Assembly: GCA_951406725.2 (NCBI GenBank)
Contig: OX597827.1
Coordinates: 56,730,001 to 56,794,000, forward strand
Direction: 5' to 3'
DNA length: 64,000 bases
Origin: Octopus vulgaris
Taxonomy: Eukaryota
Shown: positions 1-11,432 of the stretch, piece after piece
How positions within the stretch are numbered: position 1 is the first letter of the stretch
Layout: each line of letters starts with the position of its first letter
The notes under the pieces: model-generated
What the model saw: the letters and a program-made list of their open reading frames with translations, nothing else
The model's database searches: none
Told to the model about the DNA's origin: nothing
Position numbers and translations under genes: made by a program

Positions 1-584
1 GGCAGATGAAATACCTATTTTTTTACTACCCACGAGGGGCTAAACACAGAGAGGACAAACAAGGACAGATAAATGGATTAAGTCGATTATATCGGCTCCA
101 GTGCGTAACTGGTACTTATTTAATCGACCCCGAAGGGATGAAAGGCAAAGTCGACCTCGGCGGAGTTTGAACTCAGAACGTAGCGGCAGACAAAATACTG
201 CTAAGCATTTTGCCCAGTATGCTAACGTTTCTGCCAGAAGGCCACAATACTGTCATATTCATCTTGAGAAGGCAGCTTATATAGACATAGCTTCATGTGT
301 TTTTTAGTTATAAGCAGGAAATAACAGCTATTCCTTGGACTTATTCCATAACTGAAGAGTGGTTAGGTAGTATCTGATTGTTATCGTAAAAATATATCTT
401 AAGAATAAACATCGTCACTATCCTAGTGAATGTGGAAGAGATGGAGAAATATGAGTGATGAAATATATGTAGGTCTCAGCTGCTGCACCCAGCATTTTGT
501 TTACAACTTTAAAACAAAGGCATTCAATTTCCTTTTAAATAATTGTTGTTTCTCCAGTCCTTTGAAACAGGATCTATGACCTGA

Positions 585-640
<56 letters not shown>

Positions 641-958
641 ATGTGTGGCTGTGTGGTTAAGGAGTTTCCTCTCCCAATTACATGATTTTAAATTCAGTTT
701 TATTGCATTTGTCGGCAAGTTTTTTTCTGTAATATCTCTGAGCCAGCCAAAGCCTTGTGTCTGGATTTGGTTAATGGAAAATAAGGGAAGTTCATCACAT
801 ATGTGTGTGTGTGTGTGTGTGAGTGTGTGTGTGCACAGGCATGGCTGTGTGGTAAGAAGCTTGCTTCTTAGCACACAGCTCCTCAGTTTACCAGCTCTGG
901 TCAAGCTGCCCAACCCATGGCAGCATGGATAACGGACGTTAAATGATAATGATGATGG

Positions 959-998
<40 letters not shown>

Positions 999-1031
999 CC
1001 AGTGTACAGTATTGTATATCTATTACGGCCG

Positions 1032-1112
1032 ATCTTACCAATTGGTTTTGTGCTTAGGATTCAGCAGTGTTAAGTAACAATCTGATTATGTAACCCTGTG
1101 CTCATCAGAGGT
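1032..1112 (-). ncRNA. Decayed hammerhead motif
   Basis: Minus strand acct-CTGATGA-gcacagg...cctaagcac-AAAA-ccaattgg-TA-agat; GAAA mutated, palindromic accaattggt retained; next to a (TA)n tract. Confidence 0.4.
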
Positions 1113-1799
1113 AGCTGATATGGAATGAAGTATGGCGATTGCTCTCTATTGTTGGAGGTGAAAAGAACGTCTGATTTGCAGTTGTGAAAAAGATGATGAA
1201 ATGAAATGAGTAGGGGATTCCTCTACCCATTTTGTTCCATCCAAGCAGCAGCTTGTGAGAGTGTCAAATGCATTTCAGCCTAATTGCGCTTTATCAATGA
1301 TATAGTCACAACCAGCCACATGCCTAGATGAGATTTGTTGCCTCCAATATAGGAAATCCTTCTCTTCATCCTCCTCATCATTATTAACCTTTTAGTGTTC
1401 AGATTAATCTGTCAAATGCAATGCTTGTGTATTCACATTGTTAACTGTCCTTGTTTGTCCCCTCTATGTTTAGCCCCTTGTGGGCAATAAAGAAATAAGG
1501 ATTATTCTTAAAGTAGAAATGAATCTTCTTTGTATGTGTTCAGTTTAGTACTATATACATCTTTTATCTATTGCTTGTTTCAGGCATTAGACTGTGACCA
1601 TGCTGGAGCACCACCTTGAAGGATTTTTAATTGAATGAATTGATCAGTTTCTTTTAAAACCTGGTACTTATTCTATCAGTCTCTTTTGTTGAGCTGCTAG
1701 GTTATGGTGACATAAACATACCAACACAGGTTGTCAAATGGTGGTGGGGGACAAACATGCAAAGACACACACACACATCCCTCTTTCTCTTTCTCTCTC

Positions 1800-1832
1800 T
1801 CTCTATATATATGATATGTATATATGTGTATA

Positions 1833-1891
<59 letters not shown>

Positions 1892-1950
1892 TATATGTGT
1901 ATATATATGTATATATATATATATATATATTATATGTATATATGTGTATA

Positions 1951-2003
<53 letters not shown>

Positions 2004-2024
2004 TACATGTGTATATATATATAT

Positions 2025-2057
<33 letters not shown>
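1800..2057. repeat. (TA)n/(TG)n compound microsatellite
   Basis: Directly visible. Confidence 0.95.
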
Positions 2058-2059
<2 letters not shown>

Positions 2060-2371
2060 AGTAAAGATTTTTGCCAACACAACACAATATAACATGGTTT
2101 AGCTAGAGGTAGCGCTGCCAAATTGCGGCTCGAATTTGGCAGTGCCACTTCCAGCCAAACAATTATTCTATGCTGATGAGGGGAATTAAACCAGAAATCA
2201 TGATACACAGATATTATTTTGAGCTGAGTGGGGGTGCAAGATTCCTTTGTTTGAAAATATAAGGACACAGATTGTGTTGTATAGCCAGCTGGAGACGATA
2301 TCTCCTGGGGCTAAATTACAACAACATTTGTCCTAAACCAGGACTGCCATGTTATGTTGCCAAAAACTCTT

Positions 2372-2375
<4 letters not shown>
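2058..2375 (+). mobile_element. Small hammerhead-bearing element with imperfect terminal inverted repeats in (TA)n
   Basis: agtaaagatttttgccaaca ... tgttgccaaaaactctttact ends; internal hairpin about 2097-2160; segment aaggacacag...gccagctgg...ggggcta is homologous to about 11498-11557 on the minus strand. Confidence 0.6.
2167..2211 (+). ncRNA. Minimal type I hammerhead motif (second family)
   Basis: tctatg-CTGATGA-ggggaattaaacca-GAAA-tcatga-TA-cacaga; stem I 5/6 pairs, palindromic stem III atcatgat, weakened stem II. Confidence 0.6.
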
Positions 2376-2409
<34 letters not shown>

Positions 2410-2647
2410 TAACAATTGAGGATAAAATCTTTAAAAGAAATTATCAGTAGTCAGCGTGAAAAACCTCGTAAGAGAAAAAATCCGTAAATTCTTCCTCTTT
2501 GAAAATATTCATTTATATTATATTGAGGGTACTACTATACGTAGATACCACACGCTAAGAGGGACCAATGCGGTCAAAACTACTAAAAATAAACAAAATT
2601 TTACCGAATGCAAAACTTCAAAACACATCATTTTAAAAAAGAATTCA

Positions 2648-2711
2648 GTTACATATCACATGTGATTTCGCATTTAATGCAGAATATGCATTTCATGTTC
2701 GTCAGTGCAAC
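2648..2711 (-). ncRNA. Type I hammerhead ribozyme motif, inverted copy
   Basis: Reverse complement of 3281-3344. Confidence 0.75.
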
Positions 2712-2784
2712 AAACTCAAGAAATATAAGAAAAAACATAACATTACAAACTCGATAGCCAACCGTACTTATATTTCTTGAGTTT

Positions 2785-2848
2785 GTTGCACTGACGAACA
2801 TGAAATGCATATTCTGCATTAAATACGAAATCACATGTGATATGTAAC
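2785..2848 (+). ncRNA. Type I hammerhead ribozyme motif, copy 1 of the 496-nt unit
   Basis: gttgca-CTGACGA-[aatgca/tgcatt hairpin]-GAAA-tcacatgtga-TA-tgtaac: stem I gttgca/tgtaac, palindromic stem III atcacatgtgat, AUA triplet with cleavage predicted after 2842; base of stem II imperfect. Confidence 0.7.
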
Positions 2849-3280
2849 TGAATTCTTTTTTAAAATGATGTGTTTTGAAGTTTTGCATTCGGTAAAATTT
2901 TGTTTATTTTTAGTAGTTTTGACCGCATTGGTCCCTCTTAGCGTGTGGTATCTACGTATAGTAGTACCCTCAATATAATATAAATGGATATTTTGAAAGA
3001 GGAAGAATTTACGGATTTTTTCTCTTACGAGGTTTTTCACGCTGACTACTGATAATTTCTTTTAAAGATTTTATCCTCAATTGTTAATTTATATTTTTCA
3101 CCGGAATAGTTCAATACTGAATTTTTATTCCGACTAGGCAATTTGTTACCAAAATGGATTGCGAAAAAGCCCGCCATTTTCATAGATATGTAAGGATAAA
3201 CATTCGTACATGCTACGACGAATTCTACGGTTGGCTATCGAGTTTGTAATGTTATGTTTTTTCTTATATTTCTTGAGTTT

Positions 3281-3344
3281 GTTGCACTGACGAACATGAA
3301 ATGCATATTCTGCATTAAATGCGAAATCACATGTGATATGTAAC
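3281..3344 (+). ncRNA. Type I hammerhead ribozyme motif, copy 2 (496 nt downstream)
   Basis: Same fold with intact CTGACGA and GAAA; predicted cleavage after 3338; A-C at the first stem II pair. Confidence 0.75.
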
Positions 3345-3688
3345 TGAATTCTTTTTTAAAATGATGTGTTTTGAAGTTTTGCATTCGGTAAAATTTTGTT
3401 TATTTTTAGTAGTTTTGACCGCATTGGTCCCTCTTAGCGTGTGGTATCTACGTATAGTAGTACCCTCAATATAATATATATATGTATATATATATGTATT
3501 ACGGAGATGTACTTGCATAGCAAGTGATTTGATCTGAGATCGTGTGCTGGAACAAAAACAATTGCAGCGTGGAAGGTGTTTGTAAGTCATTTAAGAAACA
3601 CACAAAAGCTGTTCGATTCACTTCACTTGAAGTGAATCAAACGGGTTTTGTGTGTTTCTTAAATGGCTTACAAACACCTTCCACGCTA

Positions 3689-3746
<58 letters not shown>

Positions 3747-4063
3747 CAGGTTTCTTTCAGTTTCCATCTACCAAATCCACTCACAAGGCCTGAGGCTATA
3801 TTAGAAGACACTTGCCCAAGGTGATATGCAGTGGGATTGAACCTGAAACCATGTTGTTGGGAAGCAAACATCTGACCACACAGCTACGAAACAGCTTGCG
3901 ATGATTCAGAGATGAATGAAATCAGAAAATAATGTAAAAATTTTTTTAAAATCCAACCCATGCTAGCATGGAAAACGGACGCTAAACGATGATGATGATG
4001 ATGTAATGATGGAGTTAACAATCTTCAAAATTACAAACTTGTTTCTTATTTTTCTTTCAACAG

Positions 4064-4305
4064 GAAGTATTTACTCAATCCAGTATCCTGCTGAAATGCA
4101 CAGGCAAGCAGAAAACAACCTACTCAAGTACCTAAAATATAGAAGTGATATTGTGGGTGTTACTATAACTGGTATGGAAATGGCGGATGAGTTTCCAACT
4201 CCATCAAATGTAGATCCAGTTGAATTGCAAAAAAACATACAATTTAACTTAAACACAAACCCCAAAGCCAAGGAGAAATATGTCCCTCCATTACTGGAAC
4301 CTCTG
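4064..4305 (+). CDS. DNAH6: Dynein heavy chain, first visible exon (may include 5'UTR; in-frame ATG at 4096)
   Basis: tttcaacAG acceptor, open frame ending ...YVPPLLEPL, GTaaat donor, phase 0; joins PCLKQHQ in the next exon (DNAH6 has LEPLPVLK). Confidence 0.7.
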
Positions 4306-4739
4306 GTAAATATTCTTTATTTATTACTTAACTTATTATTATATGAGGCAAGTGATAGCAGCGAGCTAGCAGAATTGTTAGCATGCTGGGCAGAAATGCT
4401 TAGCAGCATTTCATCTGTCTTTATGCTCTGAGTTCAAATTCCACTGAGGTAGGTCATCTTTGCCTTTCATCCTTAGTAGCATTTTGCCTGTTTTTATGTT
4501 CTAAGTTCAAATTCTGTTGCAGCCAACTTTGCCTTTCAGCCATGATATAATCGATTTACCTGCTCCCCCACAAAAACTGCTGGCCTTGAGCCAAAATTTG
4601 AAACCAATATTATTTGAAATTCAAGTATAATTAAAAGTTTTCATCAGAGAAACTAGAAATGATTATCTGATTATCTTACCTACTTGACTTATACATATGT
4701 GTGTGCGTGTGTGTGTGTGTGTGTGTGCGCGTGTGTGTG

Positions 4740-4895
4740 AAGAGGAGGAGGAGGAAGTGCCAGGTCCAGAGGGAGAGGAGGATGAGGTGGACCTGACAAT
4801 TGAATGTCTGTCCAACCTTTTAAGGACAGAATTAAAAGTTTTCATCTGAGAAACTAGAAATGATTATCTGATTATCTTACCTACTTGACTTATAC

Positions 4896-4954
<59 letters not shown>

Positions 4955-5761
4955 CGTGTGTGTGAAGAGGAGGAGGAAGTGCCAGATCCAGAGGGAGAGG
5001 AGGATGAGGTGGACCTGACAATTGAATGTCTGTCCAACCTTTTAAGGACAGCAAAGGAATTGCAAGGGAAAGCAGAAGCATGGGATCCTTATATGGTTTG
5101 GTCTCTTCAATTTAAAAAATACCTATTTCTTTACTACCCACAAGGGGCTAAACACAGAGAGGATAAACAAGGACAGACAAACGGATTAAGTCGATAATAT
5201 CGACCCCAGTGCGTAACCGGTACTTATTTGAACTCGACCCCGAAAGGATGAAAGGAAATACGGCTCGGCGGAATTTCGCCTGACGTGCTAACGTTTCTGC
5301 CAACTCGCCGCCTGATGCTGCCATGCAGACATAGAAACCTCTGCTCACTGCCACGAAGAAACAATGACAGCAACTTCCCATTACAATGTTCATGAAGCCC
5401 ATCAAGAAAACTTTGCACGAAGATACAAGATCCCCTAAAACACTTGAAGAAGAGGTGCCACTTGAAGAGCTTTAAATTTTCTTTGCTGTGCAGTCATTAC
5501 CCTCATTATTTTCATCATCATCATCATCATCATCATCTTAAATCAATATCCTTCATTATTGGTGAGTAACTGTATATTTTACTTTATTCTCTATTAAATT
5601 ATTATTAAATATTATATATATATATATATATAATATTTTACATTGTATTTTGACATTATAGGCATTTTTATAGACCACATCCAATATTTATGGTTTTTTA
5701 TTATTCATGCGTGCTCTAGGAATGTAATCCCCGTGAATACTGGGGGGGGGGGACTACTGTA
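4740..5761 (+). mobile_element. Tigger/pogo-like DNA transposon 3' remnant, interrupted by a SINE
   Basis: Acidic C-terminal transposase-like peptide EEEEEVPDPEG...LSNLLRTAKELQ...WDPYMV...KKQ*QQLPITMF; right end reads cagtagtccccc... on the minus strand, followed by TA. Confidence 0.55.
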
Positions 5762-5774
5762 TATATATATATAA

Positions 5775-5809
<35 letters not shown>

Positions 5810-5817
5810 GATATACA

Positions 5818-5848
<31 letters not shown>

Positions 5849-5992
5849 AGTAAGGATATATATTTATATATTTTATCATTTTCTCATTTTATTAAAATTT
5901 TCTTTCATTTGAGCATTCTGCATTTTTAAAAAATTTTTCCTTACTTATCATTTCTCCACGTGCGGTCAACACAACCCCACCATTTATTGATC

Positions 5993-6111
<119 letters not shown>

Positions 6112-8769
6112 AGAGTGTAAAATGTATGTCACATATATATATATATATATATATGTAAAATGTATTTTGTCTTTTATCTTTTTACTTGTTTCAGTTATTA
6201 GACTGTGGCCAAGCAGGAGCACCACTGGGAAGAATTTAGTTGGACTGCTAAGTTATAGGAACATAAACACACCAACACTGGTTGTTAAGCAGTGGTATGG
6301 GACAAACACATGCACATGCACACACACACAGACACACACATTATGGTCTTCTTTGAGTTTCCATTTACCAAATCCACTCACAAGGCTTTGGTTGGCCCAA
6401 GGCTATACTAGAAGACACTTGCCCAAAATGCCACACAGTGGGACTGAACCCAGAACCATGTTGTTGGGAAGCAAGCTTTTTAGCACACAGACATGCCTGC
6501 ACCTATGTGTGTGTGTGTGTGTGTGTGAGTGAGTGAAAGAGAGAGAGAGCTGAAAACATTAAAATACATTTCCTACTTACACATTCTCCAGTCTGGAGCT
6601 GTTATGTCTCAGCTATACATTTGAAGAATTCATATATTCAAAAATAAAGTGCATAAAATAACTTATTCCTTCTTCGTGTGCTTAATCACCATCTATTATT
6701 AATGGTATTCATTTGGTCTCTAATTAAAAGACAAAGATCTGCTAAAATAGTAAACAAAGGTATTGAGATTCCTTAACAAAACTTTAATAGTCAGACATTT
6801 GGCACCATTAGATTTTTAGAGAAAAATTTTATTAATATTCATTATGATAATTTAAAATGTGTTTGGTTAAACTTTACAGAAAAATCTTAGACACAGCACT
6901 ATTCTTTGAAAACGAAGAAAAATTAAGTAATTAACCTTTTAGCATTCAAATTATTTTTGTCAAATATAATATTTATTTATTCACATCGTTTTAAATTAAT
7001 CTTGTGTTATCTCGTGGCTTTGAGATTTCAAGGATGTGATTGCATACTTTTAGAATAACATTGTGGGGTTGGTGCAAGAGGCCAGATCAAGCCAGTTTGA
7101 ACATGGAACACGTAGAATATTTGGGCCAGATGTGGCTGGTTTAGTTGTGCTTCACTTACCTGTGCTTCACTTACCTGGCAACGAAGCAAACAATTCTCTT
7201 TGTTTTAGGGATAAGGCTAGCAATTTTGGAAGGGAAGATTAGCTCATACCATCGACCCCAGTACTTGATTGGTACTTTAGTTTATTGACCCTAGAAGGAT
7301 GGAAGATAAAGTTGACCTTGGTATGATTTGAACTCAGAATGTAAAGACTTAGAATGAATACTGCAATGCATTTTTCCCAGTGCTCTAATGATTCTGCCAA
7401 CTCACTGCCAAAGTTAATACTTGTTTTTTGTTCCTTGGTGTATAGGTTCCCCACCTGGACAGGACGCCGGTCCGTTGCAGGTGAGCTGCAAGATGCAGGT
7501 GGAAAGAGTGAGAGAAAGTTGTGGTGAAAGAGTCAGTAGAAGTGCACCATTACCTTCTGCTGGAGTCGCGTGGAGCTTAGGTGTTTCTCTCATAAACACA
7601 TACATCGCCTGGTCTGAGATTCGAACCCATGTTCCCTCGACCACGAGTCCGCTGCTCTAACCACTAGGCCATGTGTCTCCACAAAGTTTATTGTAGTTTC
7701 TCATATAAGTACAAGAACAAAGGTGACAAACTAGCAGAATTGTTAGCACACTGGCCAAAATGTTTAACATCATTTTGTCTGTCTTTATGTTCTGAGTTCA
7801 AATTCTGTCAAAGTCGACTTTGTTTATCATCCTTTCAGGGTCATTAAAATTTCTAGCTTTAATGATGTTCCCTCCACTTGATTTTGTTTCAAGTTCCATC
7901 CTTTTAGGGTCGCTAAAATAAGTAGCAATCAAGCACGTACTCGCATGCACGCACACATGCACACATCTATATACACACATACCCGCACACATGCACACAT
8001 CCACACGCATGCACAAAGGATTCCATATACACATCTATATACGCTCAGGGAAAAATGCAGGGTGGAAGGTAGAGTACAGAAAAAATTATGTGTGAAAAAT
8101 ATATAAGCAATAAACCTATAAACCAAATTCTCTATAATATGTAAGAAATATATGTATAAAAAATATAAATAAAATAAAAAATATATAAGAAATATTAGTA
8201 AAAGGTATAATGAGATAAAAAACTTGTGCGTGGACACACTATAGAAAGCAAGTTCTCTCTGTAGTCTCGGGGGGACCAAAAACGTAACAAAAATTAGACC
8301 GTTTAATTTTTTTTAGACATATATATAATCCTTTTTGTGTGTGTGTGTGTGCGTATATAGACGTGTGCGGGTATGTGTGTATATGGGTGTGTGTGTGTGT
8401 ATGTGCGTATATATGGGTGTGGGTATGTGCGTATATAGACGTGGTTTACTCTTTGTATACTCCCTTATGCCTTTTTTCTGTATTGTTACCCATAACCCTG
8501 TTTTTTCTTGTGCTTGTGCGTATGTAGATGCATGTATGAACTTTTACAGTGCGCGCGTATGTGTATGGGTTTGTATGTATATGCATATACATTTGGTGAA
8601 GGATGCAAATGAGGATGTATATGTTTTCAAGTGAGGGTGGATGAATGTATGCGTATGCTCGTGGGTTTACGGGTGCACATGTGTAGGTATGAACAGGCGT
8701 GCTTAAGCGAATACTATGAACTTTTTAACCCCTTACCTTACTTAGTGGTCATTCGAATAGCTCTTTTAC

Positions 8770-8810
<41 letters not shown>

Positions 8811-9067
8811 TGTGTCTATGTTTGTGCTTGTCTTCCCCACCACTTGACAACCAGTGTTGGTTTGTTTCCATCCTCGTAAATTAGTACTTCAGCAAAAGAA
8901 ACCAACAGAATATGTACAAGGCTATAAAAATATGTTCTGAGTCGATTCATTTGACTAAAACCCTTCAATGTGGTGCCCCAGTATGGCTGCAGTCCAGTGA
9001 CTGAAACAAGTAAAAAATGAAAGATTACACTGTGTAATATGATTTTTGTCCTTGGGTAGCAACTATT

Positions 9068-9391
9068 ATTTCCTATTTGCTTACCCCTAGAATGTATGAA
9101 AAATGGCTAATATTCCCTTCAAATTTTGCTTTTGTTACATTTATTCAAACTCCAAAGAATCCCTCTCAACGTGTGTTTAAGGTCAAACTACTGACAAGCA
9201 AATCTGTGGTATTGAGCAGAATATTTGCTATAACAATATTTCTGCTTCAGCAACTCAGCGTTGAATCATTGTGAAATTTAATGGAAAATAGGTCAGTTTC
9301 CAAACATTGATGTCCAGATCACAAAAGCAAAGTTTTTGAAGGGAATAGTAGCCATTTCCTTCAATTTCTAGATAGAAGCAAATAGGAAATA
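9068..9391. mobile_element. MITE with long imperfect TIRs; partial second copy at about 31580-31760
   Basis: ttatttcctatttgctt...cccttcaaa..ttgcttttgt versus acaaaagcaa..tttgaaggg...aagcaaataggaaataa. Confidence 0.6.
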
Positions 9392-9433
9392 ACATTTACT
9401 GACAAAAAAATAAAAGAATAAATAAATAAAAAG

Positions 9434-10245
9434 TTGGATCTTTTCGGTTTGAACAGCAGTTTTTTCTAGCGGTGTCATATGAAATTGTCACCCATAATTA
9501 TGACCCTAGTATTGATCTATTGCATTTCAATCTGTTTTAGGGTTAGGGTTAGTTAGGGGTGGGGGGAAGGGTATCTTTTTTTCTTCAGAAATGTAAATAA
9601 ACCCAATCTGTTTCTTAAACGAGGGACATATTCATACGGCACAGAATGTTTTCACCTCAATAGACATCATTGATTGGTTGAAATTGCAGAAATTGAAGAA
9701 AAAAAAAACAACAAATATCTTACAAACTATAGAATTTTCTCAATAAAGCCAAGAGAAAATGATGTTTTATAAACACATTCTACCAGTATACGAAGTTTAA
9801 AAGTGCTTAGTTACCTTTACCTTTTACTTGTTTCAGTCATTTGACTGCGGCCATGCTGGAGCACTGCCTTTAGTTGAGCAAATCGACCCCGGGACTTATT
9901 CTATCGGTCTCTTTTGCCGAACTGCTAAGTGACGGGGACGTAAACACACCAGCATCGGTTGTCAAGCAATGCTAGGGGGACAAACACAGACACACAAACA
10001 CACACACATATATATATATATATACATATATACAACAGGCTTCTTTCAGTTTCCGTCTACCAAATCCACTCACAAGGCATTGGTCAGCCCCGGGGCTATA
10101 GCAGAAGACACTTGCCCAAGATGCCACGCAGTGGGATTGAACCCGGAACCATGTGGTTGGTTAGCAAGCTACTTACCACACAGCAACTCCTGCGCCTACA
10201 TGGAAATTATTTTAAAATACTGCCGTTCAAACCGAAAAGATCCAA
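9434..10245. mobile_element. Non-autonomous TIR element carrying (TTAGGG)-like repeats, with a SINE inserted
   Basis: 27-bp TIRs 9434-9460 / 10219-10245 (1 mismatch); ttagggttagggttag near 9537-9552; SINE at about 9812-10197. Confidence 0.7.
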
Positions 10246-10330
10246 AAATTTTTTTTACACGGTGTCATTTGTTAGTGTTCTAAACTTCAAGCTGCATCTC
10301 TAACTTTTCTTTTAATGATTTGTATTTTAG

Positions 10331-10483
10331 CCATGTTTGAAGCAACACCAAGAAAAGATTGCAGCACAGTACTACATTTGTGATAAAGTCCAAGTAGCTG
10401 AAGCGGCTACAAAATTGGTGAAAACAAGTTCAACTCATTTGCCTCCTATTGACATAGCTGAAGCTGATACCGATTTACCAGTT
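10331..10483 (+). CDS. DNAH6: Dynein heavy chain exon 2
   Basis: ttttAG / PCLKQHQEKIAAQYY...DTDLPV / GTaagt; 153 nt, phase 0-0. Confidence 0.78.
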
Positions 10484-10562
10484 GTAAGTATTAGTAATGT
10501 TCCTATACTTTTATGGGATAGTCCTATGGAAGCCCCTTAGGTGCAACTGCTTTATCTAGTTT

Positions 10563-10841
10563 GAGGCACATGGCCTAGTGGTTAGAGCAGCGGACTCGCA
10601 ATCGAGGGATCGCAGGTTCGAATCTCAAACCGGGCGATGTGTGTGTTTATGAGCAAAACACCTAAACTCCATGTGGCTCCGGCTGAAGGTAATGGCGAAC
10701 TTCTGCTGACTCTTTCGCCACAACTTTCTCTCGCTCTTTCCTCCTGCTTCTTGCAGCTCACCTGCAACGGACCGGCGTCCTGTTCAGGTGGGGAACCTAT
10801 ACGCCAAGGAAACTGGAAAACTGGCCCTTATGAGCCAGGCA
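10563..10841 (+). mobile_element. tRNA-derived SINE family C (V-domain-like core)
   Basis: A box tggcctagtgg, B box ggttcgaatc, core cctgcaacggaccggcgtcctgttcaggt; inverted copy at about 7425-7680 and relative at 43430-43690. Confidence 0.8.
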
Positions 10842-10861
10842 TTCCTCGAGAAGGAACAAAC

Positions 10862-11380
10862 AACTGCTTTATCTCCTGGAAGACAAAGCTCCACATCTAC
10901 AATGTGTTGGTCCTCTCCGTTCTCCTCTACAGAGTAGAAACATGGTTTCTCATGAAGACCCTGGTAAAGAGGATTGCTGGCCTTGAAAACACAGTCCTGA
11001 GGACCATTGGGAATATCAGATGGTGCCATCATGTTTCCAATGAAGAGCTGCATCTGTGCATGCATCAGCTTGCAGCCTCCTATCTCATAGCCATCTGCTG
11101 CCTGTGCTGGTATGGACATGTCCTCCTCCTCCCGTTGGATCACCCTACCAGGGCCTTACTCCTGTTTGATGCAGCAGCGTTGGGCTGGAAGAGGCTCTGT
11201 AGTAGCTCCGCACAAGATGGCTCAGTGTGATTAAGGAAGAGGCTTCACATGACCTTGGAGGATGCAGAGGGGCTGGCATGGGACTGTCAGTGATAGGGGG
11301 CACTGGTGGATCCGGTTGGCTCCACACATGATGAGGTCTCTGGGACCACTAACCTGGGATGACCCTAGACCAGTTGAGCA
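10862..11380 (+). mobile_element. Old RTE-like LINE 3' fragment
   Basis: TKLHIYNVLVLSVLLY..ETW...LRTI..IRW..HVSNEEL...WYGHVL. Confidence 0.7.
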
Positions 11381-11432
11381 AGAGCACAGAGAGAGAGAGA
11401 GAGAGAAAGATATATATATATATATATATATA

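Larger units (their letters stand above)
2402..3478. mobile_element. Non-coding 496-nt unit in tandem plus inverted arrangement (Penelope pseudo-LTR / retrozyme-like)
   Basis: 2402-2766 is an inverted copy of sequence in 2767-3478; 2767 repeats at 3263 (period 496); only a few substitutions between copies; (TA)n on both sides; carries hammerheads. Confidence 0.8.

Noticed and set aside
2456-3040. Repeated 69-aa ORF MKNLVREK...
   Set aside because: GTG start, no recognisable domain; its recurrence just reflects the inverted/tandem non-coding unit.
4006-4431. 141-aa single-exon ORF with hydrophobic ends
   Set aside because: Better explained as the exon 4064-4305 read through into flanking intron and SINE sequence.
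10563-10636. tRNA-like sequence (also 24444-24510 and 43430-43498)
   Set aside because: A and B boxes are present, but there is no proper acceptor stem and the sequence continues into a multi-copy SINE body; these are SINE heads, not tRNA genes.
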